Assembly (NCBI GenBank): GCA_028826165.1
Contig: JAPDFW010000114.1
Coordinates: 1-64,000, forward strand
Direction of reading: 5' to 3'
Source: Anaeramoeba ignava BMAN
Lineage: Eukaryota; Protista; Anaeramoebae
DNA length: 64,000 nt
Shown here: piece after piece, positions 39,351 to 49,299 of the stretch
How the letters are laid out: each line of letters begins with the position of its first letter
Numbering within the stretch: the stretch's first letter is position 1
The notes under the pieces: generated by a model
What the model saw: only the letters and a program-made list of their open reading frames with translations
What the model was told of the DNA's origin: nothing
Database searches by the model: none
Translations under genes and position numbers: made by a program

Positions 39351-39419
39351 CATTTTCGAAAATTTTGTAAAATCATTTTTTTTCTTCTTTCTTTTTTTTT
39401 TCATTCTACAAAAATAAAA

Positions 39420-41663
39420 ATGGCATATGAAAGTGCAAGATACACATTAGAACCACGAACAGTATTATCGGGACATACAGATCGAATCACATCAATAGCA
39501 TTAGATGAAAAAACAGTATGGACAAGTTCATTTGACAACACAGTCAAGCAGTGGGAAAAAACGATGGGGAAAAACATAAAAACACTAACAGGACACACAG
39601 GAAAAGTATTAGGAGTGCGATTTCATCAGGGCGAGATCTACTCGTTCTCACAAGACGCAACAATACGGAGTTGGGAAACACAAGGACTAGCAAAAGTAAA
39701 GCAAGTTTATTCAGGTCACAAAGGAAGAATCACAACGGTCGAATTTTCCGGCAACCGCATTTTTTCCGGCTCAGCAGATAATACTGTCAAAATTTGGGAC
39801 ATTTCTTCCGGCAAATGTGAACATACTTTTTCCGGCCATTCTGAACAAATAACGTCAATTTTAACGGAAAAAAACGTCATATATACTTCGAGCACAGACA
39901 AGACTGTCCAGACTTGGGACGCAGAAACCGGGCAGTGTACCAATGTGTTCGTGGGACATACTTCTTGGGTCAGCAGCCTTACCTTGCATAACGGGCTTCT
40001 GTGCACTGTTGCCAATGACGGAACCATCCGCAGTTGGGACCCTTCTTCTGGCATCTGTGTGCAAGTGATCGAGGCCCATCGCGTGCCAATTACTCGCGCA
40101 ATCTTCCACGACAATCTTGTGTATACTGCCGCTTATAATGGAGAGGTCGGTGTTTTTAATTTTCTTACTTCAGTTCCTGTCCATGTTTTTAAAGCTCATA
40201 CTGAAAAAGTCTCTGACATCCTTGTCAAAGACAACAGACTCTTCACATGCTCGCGAGACAAAACCTTGCGAGTTTGGAACACAAAGAATTTCCGTTGCGA
40301 TTATGCCTTCCAAGGCTCCAAATTCCCTTTGACTTGCATGGCTGTCACCGAAGGCGCTATTTTTACAGGAGGTGACGACAAATCCGCAATTCAATGGCCA
40401 GGTTTTAAGGGAAAGAAAATCGTCGGCGTTAAGCCAAAACAACGCAAACCCAAATACGATCCAAATACTTGCAAAAAACCCCCGACAGACGCTTTGACTG
40501 TTAACGCTATTACAAAGCAATACGATGTTTTGAAAAAACACATCGAGGAAGTTATTAAAATTACAGAGCAATTCTGCAAAAGTGCTGCCCAGCAATCCAT
40601 GCTCTCTAAAGTCGCCGCTGATTCTCTCGTTATGTTCGGCGAAAATCTTGAAGAGGAATTCCGCGATTATGAACATTTTCAAGAGCAAAACAAAGCAAAA
40701 AATTCTGAGCAACAAAACACCCCCCAAAAACACTCAAGTAATTTACTCGATTCTACTAACATCAGCTCAGCCTACAAACACCAAGACCTCAACATCGGAG
40801 AAAGCTTGATCCGTTTCGGTGAGCTCCAGCAGAATCTCGACACCCAGAAAGAGAAATTCTACCAAAATGTTCTCCGAGAATTCTCAACTCCCCTTAAAAA
40901 TTTTATTTTGATTTTGAAAAAGGCTAAACAACCTGTCAAAATTCTCGAGTCTGCTTGGAAGGAATACTCTCAAAAACGCCGCAAGGATGAGGCTCGTGGA
41001 ACTCTTGCTGCAATTGTGGATTTTTCAGACGTTAAAACAAAATTTGAACTGGCAAAACTTGATGCAAAAAAAAAATTCGAAGAAATTCATCTCTTCATGA
41101 ATTTACAGTTTCTTGGTTCGCTTTGTTCCATCATGAACCACCAACTCCGCTACCATAAACGCGCATACGATATGCTTTGCGAGAACTACAACACCATTTT
41201 CTCTCTTGAATCTCGCACTGCGCTTCTTGATGGCAAACGATCCTCTTTTATATTGCAAAAAAATCTTTTGCCTGTTCAAGAAAAAAAATCAAAAGAAAAT
41301 CCAAAAGGAAAATATATCACTACTTCTTCTTATAAGGCACAGAACGAATATGAGCTTACTTTCGAGCCAAATATGATTATCACCCTTGTGTATAAAAGAG
41401 TTAATTATAGTGTTGGTTCTCTTGATTCGAAAATTGGACTTTTCCCAAATGCCCTTGTTTCTCCTGTCGGTCAAGACATTCAAGAATTAACTTCTGGTTT
41501 CGGTCTTGATTCTCTCGTTGATTCGGAGACTATCGATTCGGAACCAAGAACTGAAACAGAAACTGACCCAAGAAGAACTACTGATTTGAGTGAAGAAAAT
41601 CTTGGTGAATTTAAATCTTCTCTTGCTAAAACTACTGATGTTGATTCAGAAAAGGAGAAATAG
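39420..41663 (+). CDS. WD40 (about 8 repeats), BAR-like helical domain and SH3 protein, intronless
   Basis: GH...WD repeats over aa 10-330; helical region with a BAR-like GESLIRFGELQ motif; SH3-like YKAQNEYELTFEPNMIITL...IGLFPNALV. Confidence 0.8.
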   Translation: MAYESARYTLEPRTVLSGHTDRITSIALDEKTVWTSSFDNTVKQWEKTMGKNIKTLTGHTGKVLGVRFHQGEIYSFSQDATIRSWETQGLAKVKQVYSGHKGRITTVEFSGNRIFSGSADNTVKIWDISSGKCEHTFSGHSEQITSILTEKNVIYTSSTDKTVQTWDAETGQCTNVFVGHTSWVSSLTLHNGLLCTVANDGTIRSWDPSSGICVQVIEAHRVPITRAIFHDNLVYTAAYNGEVGVFNFLTSVPVHVFKAHTEKVSDILVKDNRLFTCSRDKTLRVWNTKNFRCDYAFQGSKFPLTCMAVTEGAIFTGGDDKSAIQWPGFKGKKIVGVKPKQRKPKYDPNTCKKPPTDALTVNAITKQYDVLKKHIEEVIKITEQFCKSAAQQSMLSKVAADSLVMFGENLEEEFRDYEHFQEQNKAKNSEQQNTPQKHSSNLLDSTNISSAYKHQDLNIGESLIRFGELQQNLDTQKEKFYQNVLREFSTPLKNFILILKKAKQPVKILESAWKEYSQKRRKDEARGTLAAIVDFSDVKTKFELAKLDAKKKFEEIHLFMNLQFLGSLCSIMNHQLRYHKRAYDMLCENYNTIFSLESRTALLDGKRSSFILQKNLLPVQEKKSKENPKGKYITTSSYKAQNEYELTFEPNMIITLVYKRVNYSVGSLDSKIGLFPNALVSPVGQDIQELTSGFGLDSLVDSETIDSEPRTETETDPRRTTDLSEENLGEFKSSLAKTTDVDSEKEK

Positions 41664-41854
41664 ACTCATTTTCTTTTCTTAACATTTTCTTCTCTTTCTT
41701 TTTCTTTTTTTCACTTTTTCACTTTTTCACTTTTTTTGTATCGCCTTGATAAATAAAAAACTCATTAATAACTAACAAAATTTAAAATTAAAATTAAAAA
41801 ATTTTCCCTAATTTGATCAAACAATTTTTTTTTTATTCATTTTTTTTTTATTCA

Positions 41855-43564
41855 TTAATCAAACTTTTTGGTTTGATAAAATTTTCTTTTGTTTTTTGCT
41901 AAACAAATTTGAAAATCTCTTTCATTAATTTGATAAAAATCAACTAAATTTCCCATTTCAATAATCGTTTCATCTGTTGATGATGAAAAACTCAATTCTC
42001 CAAAATAAATAAATTCAATAAATTTTTTCATGGATTGTTTTGAAGCTCCAAAATGATCTGTAACTTCATTAGAATCATCATTAACACTAAGAAACAACCC
42101 ACGAAATAAATTCGAACGTGAAGCAAGAATTACTTTATGAACTCGAAAATATTCATCTTCAACAATAATTGAAAAATCCTTATTTAAATCATTTTGAAGT
42201 AATTCCTTGAAATCTTTTGCTAAATTTGCTTTTCCTGCCTTTTTATCTAACCAATTTTGTGAAATTTTCAATTTTGTTCCAATTTCAATTAAAACATTTG
42301 GATCTTCAGCAAATCCTGAATAAATGAACCTGATAAATATTATTGCATTTTGAATTGATATTTTTTTAAATTCTTCTAGCATATTATTCACATCAACTCC
42401 ATTCATTCTTGTTTCAATTATTAATTTATGAGCTTTAATTGCTCCATCCAAACATTTAATTTCCAAATCATAAAGATCTTCACTTTCTAAAAAACTCAAA
42501 AAATCTTTTTGAAATGGTAAAAGTGGTTCTTGAAGAAGTTTTTCTAATTCTTTGTTATGACATGTTTCTCTGGGTGTTTTTCCCTATTTCAATTAAATTT
42601 ATTGATTTTTTATTCTAATCCATTTTTGTTTTATTATTTATTTACTGACTTGAATTGTCAAAAAAATTATTCATAATTTTTTTTTGTCAGAAAAATTAAC
42701 AAAAAACAAACCAATTTTTAAAAATTACATTCTTTAATTAATTTTTAATTTTTAATTTTTAATTTTGTTCCATTTTTTTTTTTTTTGTTACTTACTTCTT
42801 TTAAATTAATATCAGCTCCAAATTCAAGTAATAATTCAATTGCTTCTTTTGAAGTTTGATAAATACACCCAATATGGAGAGGGGTATAATTCTTTTAAAA
42901 ATGGAAAATTTTCAATTAAATATTTTTTAAAAAAAAAAAAGAGGAAAATTTGATTAAAATTTTTTTTACAAACTAAATAAAACAAAATAATAAAACAAAA
43001 TACATAATTTTTTATTAAATAATTCTGATCAAAATTAAAATAAAAAGCAAAATACTCCCTTTAAAAAAAAAAAGAAAAATTAATTTAAAAAAATTTTTTC
43101 TTTTTTTCTTTTTTCTTTTTCTTTAATTGATTTATTTAATTACACTTTGTGCATTTGGATTTGCTCCAGCTAAAAGAAGAATTTCTATTATATTTTCTGG
43201 TTTTGATTGTTTGCAAGCATAATGTAATGGTGTCCAAGTCTTTTATTTTAAAAAATAAATAAAAAATGTTAAAATGAATTTTAAAAGAATTTTGATTTAA
43301 TTCTTTAATTTCTAAATTAATTTTTTACTTGCTAAATTTATTTTATTTTTCTTTTCAAATCAATTCTATTTTTTTATAATTATTAATTTTACATTCTATT
43401 GTTTTTGTTTTTGTTTTTTCATTTAATAATTTTATGATCTTTTTTTTCTTTTCTTTTCTTTTTAAAATAATTTTTACATTCACTAAATTAACATTTCCTT
43501 CTTTTTCAATATATTCTTCAAGTTTTTCAATATCTTTATCTTCTAAAGAAAAAAGAAAAGACAT
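41855..43564 (-). CDS. Ankyrin-repeat + tandem BTB protein with six single-codon microexons (10 exons, about 341 aa)
   Basis: Exons 43564-43478, 43395-43393 (AAT, N), 43331-43329 (CAA, Q), 43239-43144, 43058-43056 (GGA, G), 42972-42970 (TTT, F), 42891-42796, 42731-42729 (AAT, N), 42648-42646 (TCA, S) and 42583-41855. All introns are GT-AG, phase 0, 61-89 nt. Confidence 0.85.
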
Positions 43565-44033
43565 TAAAATTAAAAAAATTAAAAAAAAACGAAAAATGAA
43601 TTTTTTAAATTAATAAAAATAAAAATAAACTTTTTTTTATCCTTTTTATTAAAATTAAAAAATAAAATGGAATAAAAAGTGGAACAAATTATTTTGATTA
43701 ATTTTATTTAAATTAAAAAATGTCAATTTCGTTTTTTAAAAATAAATCAATTTCTTTTTTTTTGAATTAAAATCATTTTTCTTTCTTAAAATGATTCAAA
43801 CAGATTTAAATCCAAAAAAAAGGAAATTATCAATAATTAAAGAAAATCTCCAAATTTTTCAACAAGAACAACAAAAAGAATTTTTCCAAAACAAAATTCA
43901 AAAAATAGAAAATGAAAACGAAAATGAAAATGAAAACGAATTAATCAAAACAACAGAAAAAGAAAAATTAGAAATAATAAAAATGATTGAAAAAATTTTC
44001 AAATTTTCATTTTTCATTTTTCATTTTTTAAAA

Positions 44034-47000
44034 ATGATAGAAAATCCATTATTAAAATTAATAAAAGAAAATGCAAGTTTAGAAGAAATAGAGCAAGCAA
44101 TTACTGAAAAAAATATTAATGAATATAAAGTATAATTATAATTATTATAATTATTATAATAATAATTGAATTTGTTGATTTTCTCTTTTTGAATTTTAGT
44201 TTGTAATTTTTTTTTTCTTAAATAAATTTTTAGTAAAAGGTTTTGGTTTAATTTTATATTTTATAATTATTTTAATAATATTTTTATTATTAGAGTGTAA
44301 TTTTTGAAAATCCAAAAAATCAAAATTTTAATTTAAAAAAAAAATTCCAATTTTATTAGTATTCTTCACCTATTCATTTTGCTTGTGAAAAAAAAAAGAT
44401 TGATGTTGTTAAACTTCTTCTTAAATATGGAGCAGATATCAATCTCAAAACAGTTAAAAATCAAATAATTTTGTTTTGTTTTTTTTATTTACTAAAGAAA
44501 TTACAAAAAAATAAAAGCCAGTAAATTATTATTTAATATTTATTATCATCAATTTTATTTTAAGAAGCGTTTTGAATTCTTAAATTTTTTGATTCCTTTC
44601 ACTTTTTTTTTTTTTCAATTAAAACAATAAGGGAGTAAATTTAAATTTAAATTAAAATTATATTTATATTTAAATTTAAATTTATTTTAAAATTTAAATT
44701 TAAATTTATTTTAAAATTTAAATTTAAATTTATTTTAAAATTTAAATTTAAATTTATTTTAAAATTAAGGATGTAAATAGAAAATCAAATTCAAAATTAA
44801 ATTCAAAATCAAAATCAAAATCAAAATTCAAATTCAAAATCAAAATCAAAATTCAAAATCAAAATCAAAATCAAATTCAAATTAAAAATTAAAAATCAAA
44901 ATCAAAATTCAAATTCAAAATCAATATAAAATTCAAAATCAAAATCAAATTTAAATTTAAATTCAAAATCAAAATTAAATTCAAATTCAAATTCAAATTC
45001 AAATTCAAATTCAAATTCAAATTCAAATTCAAAATTCAAATTCAAATTCAAATTCAAATTCAAATTCAAAATTTAAAATCAAAATTAAATTCAAAATCAA
45101 AATTAAAATCAAAATCAAAATTAAATTCAAAATCAATATTAAATTCAAAATCAAAATCAAAATCAAATTCAAAATTAAAAATCAAATTCAAAAAATCCTT
45201 TTTAGAATTTTTATCCAATTCATTTAGCTTGTAAATCAAAACCTTCACCTAAAATTGTGAAAATATTAATTGAAGCAGGAGCAGATATTAATTGTCAATC
45301 TGTATAGATTATATAATTTATTACAAAACTTTTCCCAATTCATAAAATTATTTCATTTTAGAGAGTAAACAAAGAAACATTTTATTTGATTATTTATAGT
45401 AAAATTTAATTTAAAATTACATATAGATTGTAATATAATTTGAATTAAATTATTTTGATAAATTAAATTATTTTGATAAATTAAATTATTTTGATAAATT
45501 AAATTATTTTGATAAATTAAATTATTTTGATAAATTAAATTATTTTGATAAATTAAATTATTTTGATAAATTAAATTATTTTGATAAATTAAATTATTTT
45601 GATAAATTAGGGTTATACACCTTTACATGTTGCTTGTGGAGTCAAAACTTATCCAAAATTTATTAAATTTCTTATTCAATGTGGTGCTAATGTGAATCAA
45701 GTTTCTGTAAAAAAGAAAGATAAAAAATTCAATCCTTTTTTTTATCAAAATTTTTACTATTTTTTTTGATAGGAAGTAAATAATTTTTTTTTAATCAAAA
45801 ACTTTGGAAACCAAATTTATTCTTTTTTTCTTTCACTTTTATTGAGTAGAATGTAAACAAAAAACAATAATATAATTATAGTTTTTTGGATTTCAATTCA
45901 ATTCAAATATTTTGAAAAAAAAAATGAATAAAGGGAATTACTCCACTTCATTTAGCTTGTAAATTTAGTAATTCATCAATTGCAAAAAGAGTTTTACTTG
46001 AAAATGGAGCAGATGTAGAAAGTACAAATGTAGATTACATCTTTTATTTCTATTTCCAAAAAAAAAATTTAAAAACAATAATAACAAAATTATTAGGATG
46101 TAAATTTAATAAAATTATTCTTTTTCTTTTTCTTATTTTTGATTAAAATAGTATGTAAAAAAAAATATAATTAAATATTATTTTCCATTATTTTTTTTTG
46201 ATAGAAATTTGAACAAAAAAAATTTAGAATGAAACACCTCTTCATTGGGAATTTCAAAATAAACCAAATTTTGAAAGTGTTTTTATCTTGTTCTTTATGG
46301 TGCTGATATTTCAAGACAAAATGTGAAAAATTAAAAAGGAAATTTTCTTAAAAATACTTAATCTAAAATTTTCTATTTAGAGAGTAAAAAAAAACAATTA
46401 ATCTTTGTTTTGCTTTTTGTTTTAGATAAATTTATAATTAATAATAATACAAGTATGTAATTTATTTAATCTTTTTTTTTTTTTGAGATGGAGAGAAATT
46501 TTAATTATAAATTATAAATTAAAATATGGAAAAAAATAACAACAACAACAACAACAACAAAGGGATGGGAACCAAAAGATACAAGACATCCAGAAATTCG
46601 AAAATTTTTTGATTCTTTATTTAGTTTTTCAAATGATTTTGAAGTATTTTTTGAGAGAAAAGAATTTACAGATCTTGAAATAACTTGTCAAGACAGGAAA
46701 ACAATTCCTGTTCATAAATTAATTTTAAAGCATCGACTTGGAGAAGAAAATCTTGATCAAAAAATCAAACTTTTTCAAAAGTTAAAATTTGAAGAAGCAA
46801 AAAATGTTCTTAAATTTATTTATTCGGGAAAAAAAGAATTTGAAGAGAATGAGTTTATTAAAACATTTTTTTCCGAAATTGGGATTGAAGATATAGAAGC
46901 AAAATCAGGAAGAAAAGGATTAATAAAAGATTATATGAAATTATATAAAGATGAAAAAACAAAAGATTTTCAAATTAAAATTGATGAAGATCATAAGATT

Positions 47001-47348
47001 GAAGTTCATAAAATTATTCTAATTGCTCGATCTTCACTTTTTCGAGGAATGTTTTTATCTGTTCAATCAAATGAGAATTATGTTCAAGATTTTAGTCAAA
47101 AAAGTCCTCGAGCATTTGATCAAATTATCCAGTTTTTTTATACTGATTCAATTGATTCTAAAATTTCTGATGATATTTATGATGAACTTCTTGATGTTGA
47201 ACATTATTTTTTATTAAATACAAATTCATATTTTGTTTATGAATTAGAAAGGATTTCAAAGGATATTTATTTTAAATTAGGAGAACCAGAACAAACAAAT
47301 CAAAAAGAAGAAGAGAAAACAAATCAAAAAAATAAATTTAAAATTTAA
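44034..47348 (+). CDS. Ankyrin-repeat + tandem BTB protein with 13 single-codon microexons (20 exons, about 465 aa)
   Basis: Large exons 44034-44129, 44360-44452, 45206-45301, 45611-45706, 45934-46029, 46228-46322 (one T short in a homopolymer) and 46563-47348. Microexons 44200-44202 TTT, 44294-44296 AGT, 44518-44520 CCA, 44632-44634 GGA, 44770-44772 GAT, 45362-45364 AGA, 45427-45429 ATT, 45773-45775 GAA, 45850-45852 AAT, 46097-46099 GAT, 46152-46154 TAT, 46381-46383 AGA and 46454-46456 TAT. Confidence 0.85.
45445..45608. repeat. Perfect 18-bp intronic tandem repeat (TATTTTGATAAATTAAAT), about 9 copies
   Basis: Read directly inside intron 45430-45610. Confidence 0.9.
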
Positions 47349-47440
47349 AATTTAAAATTTAAAATTTAAAATAAATTTTTTTTTCCTTTTTTCATTTTTT
47401 CATTTTTTCATTTTTTTCCTTTTTTTTAGAATTAAAAATT

Positions 47441-49296
47441 ATGTCCATTTTAACTTTTTTTGATGATAATACTGAACAAACTATTGGACCTTCAAAACTT
47501 ATACTTTCAAAAGAACAAATTTATGCAAAACTTGAAAATGAAAATACAGTTATTTATTCACAAGATCCACCAGGAGGAAAAGATGCAGGATGTGTTAAAA
47601 CTGATGAACCTTTTCGCACAGATCAAGTTAATTTTAAATTTAAATTTAATTTATTTTATTTTAAATTTAATTTTAATTTAAATTTAATTTTAATTAAACT
47701 TCAGAGAATCGGTTATTTTGAAGTTGAAATTATTGATTGTGGCGTAAATTTTGAAATGTCAGTTGGTGTTAGTTCTAAAAAATTTGAAACAACTACAATT
47801 TTAGGAGCAGAATATTCATATGCAATAATTTGCAAAAGTATTAAAAAAAGAATATTCAATTTATTCAACTTAATTTCAAGTTAAAAAATAAGAAAATAAA
47901 ATGGGAATAATAATTCGGTATTTTAAACTTTTAAAACAATAAAAGATGGGAATAAAATAGCTGAGAAAAGGTCATATAATTATGGACCAGAATTCGAAAA
48001 AGGCGATATAATTGGATGTTGTGTTGATTTTCATCAAAAATGCATATTTTTTACTAAAAATGGAACAAAACTACCAACTGCTTTTTCCCAAATTTCTGAT
48101 AATTTTTATCCAACAATATGTGTTCGTTCAAAAGGAGAACAAGCAAGAATCATTTTACAAGCTCCATTTAGATTTCCAATAGATTATTATATTGAAGTAA
48201 ATTGAAATTTAAACTGAAAAATTAAATTAAATTTTTTATTAAAAATAAAAATATAAAATAAAAAAAGTCACAAATAGCAAAAGAAAATGAAAAAATTGAT
48301 TCAGTGAAAATTAATCAGCAATCAATCTTTAATTTAGTTCAGAAATATTTATTATTCCATTGTCTTGTTGGAACAATTCAAAAATTAGGTATTTTACTTG
48401 ATGAAGATGTAAAACATAAACTTCAAACAAGAAAATCAATTATTGAATTAATTAAAAATGGAGAAGTTAATCAAGCAATTAAATTACTACAAGAGTTTTA
48501 TCCATATTTTCTTATTTTTCCAAAAGAATATAATTTGAATTATGAAAAAATGAAAATTCAAAAATATAAAAAAAGAAAAGAAGAAAATTTAGAAAGAAAA
48601 GAAGGGAATCAAAAAAGAAAAATTTCATCAAAACAAAAACAACAAAATTCAAATGAAAATCTAAAACAAATTTTAAATGAAAATCTAAAACAAATTTTAA
48701 ATGAAAATATAAATGAAAATATAAATGAAAATATAAATGAAAATCAAATTGAAAATCAAATTGAAAATATAAATGAAAATATAAATGAAAATCAAATTGA
48801 AAATATAAATGAAAATCAAATGGATATTCAAGAAGAATATTATTCTTTTGATAAATTAGAATCAAATCCAAAAAATCAAACAATTCAAAATCAAAATTAT
48901 GAAAAAGTAACTGAAGAAGAAGAAAAAAAAAGAAATTTACTTGTTATTGATTTAATGTGCCAAGAATTTGTTGAACTTATTAGAAAAAATAATATAATTG
49001 AAGCATTTGATTTTGCAAGAAAAAAATTATATAATGAAAAAAATAAATCAAACCAAAAAGCTTCTCAAAAAATAATGAATGTTATTGGATTACTCGGTGT
49101 TCCAAAAGTTAAAGAAAATGTAAATCAAGAAAGAAGAAATAAAATAGCAAGGAAATTAAATGCTCAACTTGCTAAATATGATGGTTTTGCAATTAATGAT
49201 TCTTTAGATCGTTTTATTAAACAACTTTTTATTGTGAAATTTTTACACCGAAAAAATTTATTAAAAAGAGGAGAAATTTTTCAAATTGTCCTTTAA
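47441..49296 (+). CDS. RanBP9/RanBP10 (Gid1)-like SPRY-LisH-CTLH-CRA protein, 4 exons
   Basis: Exons 47441-47626, 47705-47837, 47946-48196 and 48268-49296. SPRY (YFEVEI...YGPEFEKGDIIGCCVD...FFTKNG), LisH (LVQKYLLFHC), CTLH (RKSIIELIKNGEVNQAI...LMCQEFVELIR) and CRA (RRNKIARKLN). Confidence 0.82.
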
Positions 49297-49299
49297 AAA

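Noticed and set aside
39401-40809. Antisense and alternate-frame ORFs overlapping the WD40 gene (likewise in SCAR and BEACH)
   Set aside because: Shadow ORFs of GC-richer coding sequence with no recognisable motifs.
43791-44033. In-frame upstream ATG extending the plus-strand ANK-BTB gene by 81 aa (includes PKKRK)
   Set aside because: The stretch just before ATG 44034 is a TCATTT/T-rich promoter-like tract as in other genes, so 44034 is preferred. The extension cannot be excluded without 5' data.
44228-44245. TTTTAGTAAAAGGTTTT (and TATAGTAAAA at about 45395) as a microexon or recursive splice site
   Set aside because: It would encode a stop or zero bases and leave introns of only about 30-36 nt, below the 52-nt minimum seen here.
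44561-44572. TAAG|AAGC|GTTTT as an additional microexon
   Set aside because: At 4 nt (or 1 nt) it would break frame, the donor is weak and the upstream intron would be only 44 nt. It could be a decayed unit but this cannot be supported.
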